Shown here: in pieces, positions 53,733 to 63,482 of the stretch
Position numbering within the stretch: position 1 is the stretch's first letter
Layout: the number at the start of each line of letters is the position of its first letter
Translations under genes and position numbers: made by a program
Notes under the pieces: generated by a model
Told to the model about the DNA's origin: nothing
The model's input: the letters and a program-made list of their open reading frames with translations, nothing else
Databases searched by the model: none
DNA from: Rhodospirillaceae bacterium
Lineage (GTDB): Bacteria; Pseudomonadota; Alphaproteobacteria; Rhodospirillales; UBA2165
Length of the DNA: 64,000 nucleotides
Direction: 5' to 3'
Assembly (NCBI GenBank): GCA_947467145.1
Contig: CANIGJ010000003.1
Location: forward strand, 8,128-72,127

Positions 53733-55769
53733 TTACAGGATCAGCCATTCCGGCAGCCAGTCGGGCAGGGCGCCGTCCAGCAGATCGTACAGCAGGGAGG
53801 GATGCCACGAGGTATGCAGCACCTGATCGTAGAACCCGACCAGGAAGGCATAGCACACGCCGGCATAGATCAGCGCCGGCCGCCAACCCACCTTGCCCCA
53901 GCTCATCAGGAAGACAACGACATAGAGCGGGATGGCGATCTTGATGCCGACCAGGAGCATGACCAGCAGCATCGCGATGAGCATGGCGAAGAACCAGAGC
54001 GACGGCGTCAGTTCGGCTTTTTCGGATGCCGCCCGGGCCGCCGGTTTCAAACCACCGGCGAAGGCCACGTCACGGCGCAGGCTTTTCCAATCGTAGAACA
54101 AGGCGATCAGGGTGAAGATCGCGCCCGGGATCGCAATGGTCAGCGGGAACATACGCACCGACTTGGTCCACTCGAACGAACCGGCGATGGCATAAAGGAA
54201 GGTGATGCTGAGCAGGATCGCGAACGGGAAGGACAGCACCGAATTGCGCATCGAGCCTTCCTCGGCGCCTTCTTCCATGACCTCGCCAGCCTTCTTCATC
54301 TTGAGGATGCCGCGTGCCGACAGCACGACCGTCAGCACCGCACCGGCGAAGATGAGCAGGGTGACCGGGCGCAGTAGCCAGCTATAGCCGTCGTAGGCGC
54401 GGATCGAGATGACGTAGGCATTCTCCATGATCTCGCCCAGCACATAGCCGAGCACGACGGGCGGTCGCGCCCAGCCGGCGCGCTTCATCGTGTAACCGAT
54501 GACGCCGAAAGCGATGCACAGCACCCAATCGCCGACCGAGGTCGTGCTGAGCCACGCACCCATGAAGACGAACAAGATGACGCCGGGCACGATGTAATAG
54601 CCGGGCGTGAAGGCGAGCTTCGCAACCTGGCGCGCCCACGCCATCATCATCAGCGCGACGATGATGTTGGCGATGGCGACGGTCCACACCATGCTGAACG
54701 TGATATCGAGCTTGGTGGTCAGCATTTCCGGCCCTGGGCGCAGGCCCTGGATCAGGAAAGCGCCGAGCAGGATCGCCATGCCGGCGCCGCCTGGAATGCC
54801 GAAGGCGACGGTGGGGATCAGCGAGCCGCCGAGTACCGCGTTGTTGCACGATTCCGGCCCGATGACGCCGCGGATGTCGCCCTTGCCGAACATCGACTTG
54901 TCTTTGGCGGTCTGCTTCGCATGACCGTAGGCGAGCCAATCGGCGACCGATCCGCCGAGGCCGGGCAGGATGCCGATATAGACGCCGATGATGCAGCAAC
55001 GGATGTTGAGGCCGATATGCGTCCAGGTGTCTTTTACACCCTGCCACATGCTGCTCTTGGACTGATCCTCCTGCACGCGGCTGATCGAGGTGTTGCTGGT
55101 CGCGAGTTCCATCAGTTCCGGAATCGCGAACAGGCCGAGGATCAGGGGCAGGAACGGCAGGTTATCGAGCAGGTAATCGGTGCCGAAATTATAGCGCGGG
55201 ATGGCGGACGCCTCGGCGTAACCGACCGCCGACAGCAACAGACCGAAGGCGCCGGCAGCCAAGCCTTTATAGATCGACGATCCGGCGAGCGAGGCGACAA
55301 GCGATAGTCCTAATATCCCGAAGGCGAATGTTTCCGGCTGCCCGATGGCAAGGATGATCGGCAATGCGACCGGCATGGTGATGGCGAGCGCGATGGCGCC
55401 GAACACGCCGCCGAAGGCGGATGCGGCGAAGGCCGCGCCCATGGCGCGATTGGCCTCGCCTTTTTTGGCGAGGGGATGGCCGTCCATGATTGTCGCCTGC
55501 GCGGCGGACGATCCAGGCACTCCCAGCAAGATTGCCGTCACGGAGTCCGATGTGTTGGTCACCGCGATCATGCCGAGCAGCATGGCGAAGGCGGGGACCG
55601 GGTCCATGTCGAAGGTGAAGGGGATGAGGATGGCAAGACCGGTGAGGCCGCCGATGCCGGGAACGGCGCCCAGCCAGATGCCCAGCAGGATGCCGATGAA
55701 CATATAGCCGATAGCGGGCCACATCAGGACCTGGATCAGGCCTGAAAAGAATGCGTCGAACATCGGCAC
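53733..55769 (-). CDS. tripartite tricarboxylate transporter permease, TctA fused to a TctB-like C-terminal module
   Basis: 678-aa single ORF. Residues 1 to about 495 are TctA-like (LGAVPGIGGLTGLAILIPFTF). An acidic linker (KMKKAGEVMEEGAEEGS) follows, then ~175 aa with four TM helices resembling TctB. Confidence 0.7.
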   Translation of the reverse strand: MPMFDAFFSGLIQVLMWPAIGYMFIGILLGIWLGAVPGIGGLTGLAILIPFTFDMDPVPAFAMLLGMIAVTNTSDSVTAILLGVPGSSAAQATIMDGHPLAKKGEANRAMGAAFAASAFGGVFGAIALAITMPVALPIILAIGQPETFAFGILGLSLVASLAGSSIYKGLAAGAFGLLLSAVGYAEASAIPRYNFGTDYLLDNLPFLPLILGLFAIPELMELATSNTSISRVQEDQSKSSMWQGVKDTWTHIGLNIRCCIIGVYIGILPGLGGSVADWLAYGHAKQTAKDKSMFGKGDIRGVIGPESCNNAVLGGSLIPTVAFGIPGGAGMAILLGAFLIQGLRPGPEMLTTKLDITFSMVWTVAIANIIVALMMMAWARQVAKLAFTPGYYIVPGVILFVFMGAWLSTTSVGDWVLCIAFGVIGYTMKRAGWARPPVVLGYVLGEIMENAYVISIRAYDGYSWLLRPVTLLIFAGAVLTVVLSARGILKMKKAGEVMEEGAEEGSMRNSVLSFPFAILLSITFLYAIAGSFEWTKSVRMFPLTIAIPGAIFTLIALFYDWKSLRRDVAFAGGLKPAARAASEKAELTPSLWFFAMLIAMLLVMLLVGIKIAIPLYVVVFLMSWGKVGWRPALIYAGVCYAFLVGFYDQVLHTSWHPSLLYDLLDGALPDWLPEWLIL

Positions 55770-55956
55770 GACAGACCTCCCCTACATTTACGTGCGGGCA
55801 CGTGTGCCGTGCCTCGCTGCCTTGGAGAGGAGAATAACGTTTATCTCCCGTGGTTCGAGTATTAATCTTGATATCGAATTAAATAATTTGGCACTTTAGC
55901 CATAAACAATGTGCGGATGGGACGCCTATCCACGCAAATACAACAGGAGGAATAAG

Positions 55957-57045
55957 ATGACCCCGCGCCCGATATTTCTGCGCGCTGCCGCTCTTGCGGC
56001 GGTTGCCGTCTCGACACTCGCGTTCGCCGCATCCGCCGCCGACTTCAAAGGCAAGACCATCAAGCTGGTCATCGGCCAGTCGCCGGGCGGCGGCACCGAT
56101 ACCTTGGCGCGCACGTGGTCGCCGTTCTTGTCCAAACATATCCCGGGCAATCCGACCATCGTCATCGAGGCGCAGACGGGTGCGGGCGGCATGCAGGCCG
56201 TCAACTTCGTTTACGAGAAAGCACGCCCCGATGGCTTGACCCTCGCCTGGGGCGGTTTCAACCCGGTCGGCATGGCGACCGATGCGCAGGGTCTGCGGGC
56301 CGACTTCACCAAATTCGAATTCATCGGCGCTGGATCAAGCGGCGGTCGCGTGCAGATCACGCGCACCAACGTCAATCCGCCGATCAAGACGTCGGAAGAC
56401 ATCATGAAGGTGCAGGGCCTCAAGCAGGCCGGCTTCCGTCCGACTGAATCGCTCGACATCGTCGGCCGTCTCGGCATGGACGTGATGGGTGTCAAATACC
56501 GCTACGTGCCGGGTTATCAGGGTGCGGCCAAGATTCTGCCCGCCATGTTGCAGGGCGAGATCGACGGCATGACGACGGGCATCACCAGCTTACGCACCGC
56601 GTTCGAACCGCAGATGGTCAGCCAGGGTAAGGCGATCATGCTGTGGTACTTCCCATTCTTCGACATCAATGGCAATCCGGTGAAGAACAGCGATTTCCGC
56701 GACGACGAACCGGCGATCCAGGACGTCTACAAGAAAGTCCATGGCAAGGATCCGTCGGGCGAACATTGGGAAGCCTTGAAGTGGATGCAGACGGTCAGCG
56801 GCAAAACGTCGATGACGGTCGTCGCGCCGCCGAAAACGCCGAAGGATATCGTCGATACCTTGCGCAAGGCGTATGAGGCGGCGAAGGCCGATCCGGAGCT
56901 CGCACCGGCGCTGATCAAATCGACCGGGTCCGACATGGTCTATGTGACCATCCCGGAAGGCCTGAAGATCATGCAGATGGCGCAGAACCCCGATCCGAAG
57001 ATCGTGAAATTCCTCAAGGAATACATCGCGGCGGCGGAACAATAA
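55957..57045 (+). CDS. Bug/TctC-family periplasmic solute-binding protein
   Basis: Start ATG 55957 with AGGAGG 6 nt upstream. Signal peptide ending ASAADFKGKTIKLVIGQSPGGGTD. Divergent from the TctA-B fusion gene. Confidence 0.8.
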   Translation: MTPRPIFLRAAALAAVAVSTLAFAASAADFKGKTIKLVIGQSPGGGTDTLARTWSPFLSKHIPGNPTIVIEAQTGAGGMQAVNFVYEKARPDGLTLAWGGFNPVGMATDAQGLRADFTKFEFIGAGSSGGRVQITRTNVNPPIKTSEDIMKVQGLKQAGFRPTESLDIVGRLGMDVMGVKYRYVPGYQGAAKILPAMLQGEIDGMTTGITSLRTAFEPQMVSQGKAIMLWYFPFFDINGNPVKNSDFRDDEPAIQDVYKKVHGKDPSGEHWEALKWMQTVSGKTSMTVVAPPKTPKDIVDTLRKAYEAAKADPELAPALIKSTGSDMVYVTIPEGLKIMQMAQNPDPKIVKFLKEYIAAAEQ

Positions 57046-57208
57046 TCGCGCACCGTCCCGCTGCTTCGATAACACGAACAACGACGGCGGCCTACGGGCC
57101 GCCGTTTTTTATGGCGCCTCATTTGACTCCATGTGTCGTATCGCCTTAACGTCGCAATAACAGCGAGTGTGAATACACACCGCGTCCATAGATCCAGGGA
57201 GGATCACC

Positions 57209-58228
57209 ATGACCATCACACGACGCAACTTCGTTGCCGGCGCGCTGAGCGCTACCGCTTTGTCTGCGCTGCCGGGTACCCGTGCTTTTGCGCAGGCGGC
57301 GGACGAATTGAAGCTTTCGACCTTCGTTGCCCCCAATCACATCATCTATGCGCAGGTCTTGCAGCCCTGGGCGGCGGAGCTGGCGGCCAAATCGGGCAAT
57401 AAGCTTGCGGTGAAGATGTTCCCCGCGATGCAGCTGGGTGGCACGCCGCCGCAGCTTTATCGTCAGATGGCGCAGGGCATCTCGGATATCTGCTTCAGCC
57501 TGCCCGGTTATACGTCGGCTGATTTCCCCATGATGGGCCTCACCGAATTGCCGGGCACGGCGGACAGCGCCGATGACGGCACCAAGAAGCTATGGGCGCA
57601 CTATGAGAAATTCTTGGCGCGCGACTTCAAGGAAGCCAAGGTGTTGATGTTGTGGAACTCCGACAACGCCAGCCTGATGAGCAAGAACAAGCCGATCAAG
57701 ACCTTGGAGGACATGAAGGGCCTGAAGATCCGCACGCCGTCGGCCGCGCAATCGGCGCAGATCGAGGCGTTGGGCGCCACACCGATCGATATGCCCGCCA
57801 ATCAGATCTACACCAACCTCGATCGCGGCGTGATCGATGCGGCGATGATCCCGATGTCGGCGGCGATCGATTTTAAGCTGATCGAGGTTGCGAAATACTT
57901 CACGATCAACGCGCCGCTCGGCCGTTCGCCTTTCATGGTCTGCCTGAACAAGGCGCGCTACGACAAAATGCCGGCCGACGCCAAGAAGGCCATCGACGAA
58001 ACCACTGGTCTGGCACTCAGCCTCAAGGGTGCGCAGACCTACGACAAGCAGAACCACGAGGCCGTCGATGCGGCGAAGAAGGATCGCGAGATCGTCATGT
58101 TGTCTGACGCCGAACGTAAGCGTTGGCTCGACGCCTTCCGTCCGTTGGTGGCGAAAAGCATCGCCGACGGCGAGAAGGCCGGTCTGCCCGCCAAGGGTCT
58201 GATTGGCGCCTACGGGTTGGCGAGCTGA
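57209..58228 (+). CDS. TRAP transporter substrate-binding protein (DctP type), Tat signal
   Basis: 339 aa with the twin-arginine signal MTITRRNFVAGALSATAL. DctP-like body. Confidence 0.85.
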   Translation: MTITRRNFVAGALSATALSALPGTRAFAQAADELKLSTFVAPNHIIYAQVLQPWAAELAAKSGNKLAVKMFPAMQLGGTPPQLYRQMAQGISDICFSLPGYTSADFPMMGLTELPGTADSADDGTKKLWAHYEKFLARDFKEAKVLMLWNSDNASLMSKNKPIKTLEDMKGLKIRTPSAAQSAQIEALGATPIDMPANQIYTNLDRGVIDAAMIPMSAAIDFKLIEVAKYFTINAPLGRSPFMVCLNKARYDKMPADAKKAIDETTGLALSLKGAQTYDKQNHEAVDAAKKDREIVMLSDAERKRWLDAFRPLVAKSIADGEKAGLPAKGLIGAYGLAS

Positions 58229-58243
58229 CGGTTCGGACGAAAC

Positions 58244-58771
58244 GTGTCTGAAATCATCGATATCGAAGCGCCCGAACGCGTCGAAGGACCGTTCGGGCGC
58301 GTGCTTCGTTGGCTGGCCCTTGGCGCCGGCTGGGTCCTCATGGGGCTGTTGTTCTATACGGTCCTCGATGTTGTGCTGCGCTACATCTTCAATGCGCCGT
58401 TTCGCGGCTCGTTGGAGTTCACGCAGTTCACCATGTCGGTCATCGTGTTCCTGAGCCTCGCCTATTGCGGCTGGACCGGCGGTCACGTCGCGGTCGATAT
58501 CTTCGTGAAGCCGCTTGAAAAGCCGGGGCTGCGTTACATCCCGGTGATCCTCACTGTGATCAGCGCGGTGCTGTTCGGCGCCATTTCCTGGCACACGTTC
58601 CAGGATGGCATCATGGAAATGCGGCGCGTCAGCAACATGCTGCGCTGGCATTATTCGCCGTTCATCTTCATCGCGTCCGTCGGCTGCTTCGTCTACGCGA
58701 TCGTTCTGTTCATCCAGGCGATCCAGGAATTGAAGCGCACGGCGCCAGATTCTCCGCAGGGCACTCCGTAA
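58244..58771 (+). CDS. TRAP transporter small permease (DctQ type)
   Basis: 175 aa with four TM helices and a GTG start. Lies between the DctP-type and DctM-type genes. Confidence 0.8.
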   Translation: MSEIIDIEAPERVEGPFGRVLRWLALGAGWVLMGLLFYTVLDVVLRYIFNAPFRGSLEFTQFTMSVIVFLSLAYCGWTGGHVAVDIFVKPLEKPGLRYIPVILTVISAVLFGAISWHTFQDGIMEMRRVSNMLRWHYSPFIFIASVGCFVYAIVLFIQAIQELKRTAPDSPQGTP

Positions 58772-60079
58772 ATGGATCAAAACGATTTTATCGGGGTTGG
58801 CGGGGTTCTCGTCATGATCCTCCTGCTGGTGCTGCGCATGCCGATCGGCACGGCGATGCTGCTGGTGGGCGTCGTCGGCTTTGCCATCCTCAACGGCATT
58901 CCGGCCGCGCTTATGGCGATCGGCACCTATCCGTTCCAGTATGCCGCCGTCTACGATCTGGCGATCATTCCGCTGTTCGTGCTGATGGGCAATTGCGCCG
59001 CCGCGTCCGGCATGGCGCGCGATCTATTCGCTGCCGCCTATGCCTGGTTCGGCCATTGGCGCGGCGGCCTCGCCTCGGCCACCATCGCGGCCTGCGCGGG
59101 TTTCGCGGCCGTGTCGGGCTCGTCGGTCGCATCGGCCATCACGATGGGGCGGGTCTGTTTGCCCGAAATGGCGCGCTACAAATATGATCCGCGTCTGTCT
59201 TGTGGCACGGTCGCGGCCGGCGGCACCATTGGCATCCTAATCCCGCCGTCCACTGCCTTCGTCATCTACGGCATCCTCACTGAACAATCGATCGGACGGC
59301 TGCTGCTCGCCGGTATCCTGCCGGGTCTTTTGCTCACGTCGATCTTCATGGCGACAATCGCGATCTGGATGCGCTTCAAGCCGGAATATGGTCCGCGTGG
59401 TCCGCGCGCGAGTTGGGGCGAGCGCCGTCGCGCGACGTTCCAGGCCGGTCCGATGATGACGGTGGTGCTCATCTCCATCGGCGGCATCTATGCCGGTATC
59501 TTCACCGAATCCGAGGCTGCCGCAGTCGGTGCGTTCCTGGCGCTGCTCTATGCCTTGGCGAAGCGCATGCTGACCGGCAAGTCGTTCAACAAGATCCTGC
59601 TGGAGACCGTCAGCACGACCGCGATGGTCTTCCTGATCCTGATCGGCGCGCAGGTGTTCGGTCCGTTTCTCGCGCTCTCCGGTCTGCCAGAACATATCGC
59701 CGGCGTGGTGAAGGATCTCGACGTGCCGCGCGTCGTCATCCTGATGATCATCCTTGGCATCTATCTGCTGCTCGGCACCTTCCTCGAAGGCTTCTCGATG
59801 CTGGTGCTTACCTTACCCATCGTGATCCCGATCGTCACTGCGCTCGGTTACGACCTCATCTGGTTCGGCGTCGTGATGGTGATCGTGCTCGAGATGGGGC
59901 TGATCGATCCGCCTGTCGGCATCAACGTCTTCGTCGTGAAGTCCTTGGTGCCCGAGGTGCCGATGTCGCAGATCTTCGCCGGTATCGCGCCGTTCTGGTT
60001 CGCGATGATGTTCTGCATCGGCCTCTTGATCATGTTCCCGGACATCGCGCTGCTGATCCCCAACAGCATGATCAACTGA
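58772..60079 (+). CDS. TRAP transporter large permease (DctM type)
   Basis: 435 aa, 12-TM profile. The ATG directly follows the DctQ-type stop. Confidence 0.85.
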   Translation: MDQNDFIGVGGVLVMILLLVLRMPIGTAMLLVGVVGFAILNGIPAALMAIGTYPFQYAAVYDLAIIPLFVLMGNCAAASGMARDLFAAAYAWFGHWRGGLASATIAACAGFAAVSGSSVASAITMGRVCLPEMARYKYDPRLSCGTVAAGGTIGILIPPSTAFVIYGILTEQSIGRLLLAGILPGLLLTSIFMATIAIWMRFKPEYGPRGPRASWGERRRATFQAGPMMTVVLISIGGIYAGIFTESEAAAVGAFLALLYALAKRMLTGKSFNKILLETVSTTAMVFLILIGAQVFGPFLALSGLPEHIAGVVKDLDVPRVVILMIILGIYLLLGTFLEGFSMLVLTLPIVIPIVTALGYDLIWFGVVMVIVLEMGLIDPPVGINVFVVKSLVPEVPMSQIFAGIAPFWFAMMFCIGLLIMFPDIALLIPNSMIN

Positions 60080-60090
60080 TCCCCAAACGA

Positions 60091-60118
60091 AAATGGCCGG
60101 GCGTTAGCCCGGCCATTT
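60091..60118. terminator. bidirectional hairpin between the TRAP operon and the HU gene
   Basis: AAATGGCCGGGC (60091-60102), GTTA, GCCCGGCCATTT (60107-60118). Confidence 0.6.
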
Positions 60119-60169
60119 CAAGTAACAACGCTAAACCCCCGAGTGCAGCGCACCGGAGATTGAGTGGAA

Positions 60170-60439
60170 TTACATACGCTTCTTCAGCGTCGTCGACGCC
60201 TTGAAGCGAACCGACTTGGACGCCTTGATGGTGATCGTGGCGCCGGTCTGCGGGTTGCGGCCCTTGCGCGCGCCGCGCTTGCTGACCATGAACGTGCCGA
60301 ACCCAACCAGGCCGAATTTGCCTTCTTTCTTGAGCGCTTTGGCAATCACTTCGGTGACCGCGCCGACGGCTTCGTTCGCCTGGGCGTTGGTGCAACCGGT
60401 AACATCGCGGATCGCATCCGCCAGCATGACTCTACTCAT
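60170..60439 (-). CDS. hup: HU-family DNA-binding protein
   Basis: 89 aa from ATG 60439. GFGTFMVSKRGARKGRNPQTGATITIKASKSVRFKAS is the HU/IHF beta-arm signature. Confidence 0.85.
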   Translation of the reverse strand: MSRVMLADAIRDVTGCTNAQANEAVGAVTEVIAKALKKEGKFGLVGFGTFMVSKRGARKGRNPQTGATITIKASKSVRFKASTTLKKRM

Positions 60440-60692
60440 AATCTTAATACCTCGTCTCTGATCGCTGCACGTTGTACCTGTGTGTAAACACACCGATTCG
60501 GGTGCTTAATTCAACATCTTGTTTCCAACGGATGTAGAAAACACGAGGGTTTGTGGATAACTCGCTCTTCACGATGTGCAATGTAGAGTGCGCGAAAGCA
60601 ATCCTGACGACGTTAATGTATTGCCGGTAAATCCTGCATTTAGTGCGGTTTTTCGGTTAGGGTGACGAAAGTCAGAACGACTTAATATTGGC

Positions 60693-61394
60693 ATGATCGA
60701 TAAGACAGGCACCTCGACCGGCAACACACTCGCCACCTTGCTGCGCTCGGCTGGCCGCACGGCGTCATCGTCAACGGCGAACACGGACACCGCCGATGCC
60801 GAGACAGCGGCGGCACCCACCAATGTGCCGCCGGATGCCGGCGCAGGCGACAATGTCGATCTGTCGGACATGGCGAAAAGCCTTCTGCAGCAGGCTTCTA
60901 GCACTGTCGACGCCTTGGGTGTGCCTGCGTCGCTCCGCGATCGCACGAACAACCTCGCCACCAAACTGACGAACGATTTCAAGGCCCTGAAGATTTCGCA
61001 AGGTAGCGCGATCACCTTCAAGATCGATGCGTCCGGTGCGATCGAGGCCAGTGGGGCCGAGGCCGATAAGATCGAGAAATATTTCCAGGACAATCCTGAG
61101 GTGGCCGAACAGTTCAAGGCGCTGTCCGCTTTGCATACCATGTCGGCCATGCAGGACGTGATCCGCGCGTACAATGCGGAAAAACGTTCCGCCGGCGGCG
61201 ACAAGGACAAACAGGCGAACGCGTGGGACAATTACGCGCTCCGTTCGATGCAGGTGCAGTCGTTGTCTGGCGCCTTCCAATTGAAGGACGGTCAACTCAC
61301 ATCGGCGACGACTGAATATGCCGCGACCATGCAGGGTGCGGCACCATCGTCGGGTGCGACGATGGCCCGTGGGGTCACAGATATTTCGGTCTGA
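60693..61394 (+). CDS. hypothetical protein (Ser/Thr/Ala-rich N-terminus, no recognised domain)
   Basis: 233-aa ORF with GC-rich codon usage like the core genome. No family recognised. Confidence 0.45.
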   Translation: MIDKTGTSTGNTLATLLRSAGRTASSSTANTDTADAETAAAPTNVPPDAGAGDNVDLSDMAKSLLQQASSTVDALGVPASLRDRTNNLATKLTNDFKALKISQGSAITFKIDASGAIEASGAEADKIEKYFQDNPEVAEQFKALSALHTMSAMQDVIRAYNAEKRSAGGDKDKQANAWDNYALRSMQVQSLSGAFQLKDGQLTSATTEYAATMQGAAPSSGATMARGVTDISV

Positions 61395-61423
61395 TCGCCG
61401 GGATTCGATGGTTTGGAAGGCGA

Positions 61424-61472
61424 TGGTGGAGCCGAGGGAAATCTAACCCCTGACCGCTACAATGCCGTTGTA
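61424..61472 (-). other. degenerate tRNA-Ala(GGC) 3-prime fragment (outer att-like repeat)
   Basis: The reverse complement reads ...ACGGCAT TGTAG CGGTC AGGGG TTAGATT TCCCT CGGCTCC A CCA. The T loop is mutated (TTAGATT) and U33 is lost. There is no 5-prime half. Confidence 0.65.
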
Positions 61473-61613
61473 TCTGAGTATCCAAGCGTTTTTCAGCGTT
61501 TATTTTCAATAAGATATATCCGACGTCTGACGACGTTCGCGATAGCGTCCCTGACGAGATCGTTCTATTTTGGTGCGGCAACCTGCGTGCACTGCATAGA
61601 TAGATCGGACTTT

Positions 61614-62762
61614 ATGATGTTTCTCAGGCTTCCCACGCTATTCGCGTTTGCATGCGGACTTTTCCTTTGGTCTGGGGTCGTGTCGGCCAAACAACCGGAT
61701 GGATTATATCTTGATGGCGGTCAATCAAAGATCGGCGTCATTCTGCTCCATGGTCGAAATCGTGGGAACGGAGACGCAGATGATTTGGTCGTCAGGCCAT
61801 TACGGAAGACTATTCACGAGCGACTTGGCGCCCATACTCTTTCGTTAAACTATCCGCAGTCTAAAAATAGCCAGAGCGCCGCCGAGGATCTCAGACTTTT
61901 CCCGGACGCCTATGCGCGCATCGACGATGCAATTAAGTTTCTCACTGAAGAGAAAGGAGTGACGCAACTGTACTTCATGGGCCACAGCGAGGGCGCGCGC
62001 ATATCAACCTATTATCTGGTCAGCCATTCGGTGACGAACGCTCGCGGCTACATCGGAGCCGGTGTTGTGGGTTCTCCGTGTCAAAGAACAAAGGAAGATC
62101 CGGAGGATCAGCTGAGCAGCAACTGTAGTCTTTCAAAAATTCTGACGAAAACCCCGAGTTTCCCAGTTATCGATGTTGTGGCGATGAAAGGAAATCAGGG
62201 AGACGCTTTTTTCGCTGACCAAAGAAAGAGATTTATCTCTCCGACCTATCAGCAGGTTCGCCTGGAGGATGCTAACCATGGCTTTACCGCGCATGAGCGG
62301 GAATTAACTAACGCCGTTGTCGATTGGCTGAAGCGGCAATCGGATGAATTGAAGCCCGCTCACTGGCTCGTCGGTATTTGGAAGGGGCAGCTACCGGAGA
62401 CCACCGGCAAAGGAGATTCGACACGGACTTTGAATGTCACGAGCGTCGGGCCTGATGGTTCAATACAAGGCGGGTTCGGTGGGCAGGTCCCACAAATGAA
62501 CATCGCCAGCGCTAAATTCTCCGATAGTGGCGAAACAGTCACCATCGAGTTGAAGAACGGCATTCATTTAGAATTCGCAAAAAACGGCGCTCTTCTCGTC
62601 GGGATGGTGGCGAACCCAAATGGCAATTCAGTGCCGTTGGAACTCTCGAAAACAGACGGCGCAATCAGTTCCGCAGGAGCCGCGAAGGGTTCCGAAGCAA
62701 GCCCCGGCGCAGCCGATGGCTTCTTCAAAGGGAAGAAAGGTAAAAAAGGGCCGGGCGAATAA
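61614..62762 (+). CDS. secreted alpha/beta hydrolase with C-terminal extension
   Basis: Start ATG 61614 (MMFLRLPTLFAFACGLFLWSGVVSA). GHSEG nucleophile elbow, then a ~110-aa extension and an FFKGKKGKKGPGE tail. The track ORF start 61413 lies inside the tRNA fragment. Confidence 0.65.
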   Translation: MMFLRLPTLFAFACGLFLWSGVVSAKQPDGLYLDGGQSKIGVILLHGRNRGNGDADDLVVRPLRKTIHERLGAHTLSLNYPQSKNSQSAAEDLRLFPDAYARIDDAIKFLTEEKGVTQLYFMGHSEGARISTYYLVSHSVTNARGYIGAGVVGSPCQRTKEDPEDQLSSNCSLSKILTKTPSFPVIDVVAMKGNQGDAFFADQRKRFISPTYQQVRLEDANHGFTAHERELTNAVVDWLKRQSDELKPAHWLVGIWKGQLPETTGKGDSTRTLNVTSVGPDGSIQGGFGGQVPQMNIASAKFSDSGETVTIELKNGIHLEFAKNGALLVGMVANPNGNSVPLELSKTDGAISSAGAAKGSEASPGAADGFFKGKKGKKGPGE

Positions 62763-62865
62763 GGTGGCATTTGGTTCGTCAGTTGCGACATGCGAATACG
62801 GCGCCGCAGGCAAAATAAAAGGGCCAGCGACATTAATCACTGACCCATGGATTTGATTGAGGTGA

Positions 62866-62914
62866 TGGTGGAGCCGAGGGGAATCGAACCCCTGACCTCT
62901 ACAATGCCATTGTA
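62866..62914 (-). other. tRNA-Ala(GGC) 3-prime fragment (inner att-like repeat)
   Basis: The reverse complement reads TACA ATGGCAT TGTAG AGGTC AGGGG TTCGATT CCCCT CGGCTCC A CCA. The anticodon arm (GGC), variable loop, T arm and acceptor 3-prime strand are intact. AT-rich non-tRNA sequence replaces the 5-prime half. Confidence 0.75.
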
Positions 62915-63032
62915 TCTAAGAATTTTATTAGTCTTTATTTTCAATATGTTAGAAGACGATTTCCAAGGCCATGTTTTGGATGTGTAAAACAAGCGACCTC
63001 TTGCCACAAAAATCATCTCTCCAATTTCAGCC

Positions 63033-63482
63033 TCAACGTTTGCCACGCATTTTGGTTCGTCTGTCATCCAGTGCAGCCTTCAACGCACCGTCCAATTCAC
63101 CGGCTTCCACAGCTTCCACGACCAAATCAATTGTTTCCGGGACTTTGGCCAAGTCCTTTGCCTCAATCGTCGTGCTGCCGTCCTGCAATTTGATAACGCA
63201 TGTGCCGTAGAGCAAATTTAGGCACACGGCACCGGTCTGTTCCTGCCAGTACCAGCGTCTAATCCTCACCGGCACCTGTTGACGGATCGCTTCTCCCGTC
63301 ACCTTGTTCTGTACGTAACGGGCCGTCGTTTTGATGATTTGCTGGCCAGCAATATCAGCAGTCACGAACCCGCGCTGCTCTTTGAGCCGGTCAATCATTT
63401 GGCGGCGGAGCCGTTGCTCAACCGTTTCCCTGCTGCCAGCACGTTCCTTCTTGTTGATCTTCAACTTGGACAAAATAGCCAT
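63033..63482 (-). CDS. island-borne hypothetical protein
   Basis: 149 aa from ATG 63482 (MAILSKLKINKKERAGSRETVEQRL...VEAVEAGELDGALKAAL). From memory it resembles small proteins seen in integrative elements. Unverified. Confidence 0.5.
   Translation of the reverse strand: MAILSKLKINKKERAGSRETVEQRLRRQMIDRLKEQRGFVTADIAGQQIIKTTARYVQNKVTGEAIRQQVPVRIRRWYWQEQTGAVCLNLLYGTCVIKLQDGSTTIEAKDLAKVPETIDLVVEAVEAGELDGALKAALDDRRTKMRGKR

Noticed and set aside
57146-57161. Near-CtrA box TTAA-CGTCGCA-ATAAC upstream of the TRAP binding-protein gene.
   Set aside because: It has one mismatch in the conserved TTAAC half-site and no supporting context. A single-mismatch match to this 9-position motif would not be surprising by chance in a 64-kb window.
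62837-63067. 76-aa minus-strand ORF, and the N-terminal 67 codons of track ORF 61413..62762.
   Set aside because: Both read straight through the tRNA-Ala-derived repeats and AT-rich junction DNA. The hydrolase has a proper signal peptide starting at ATG 61614.
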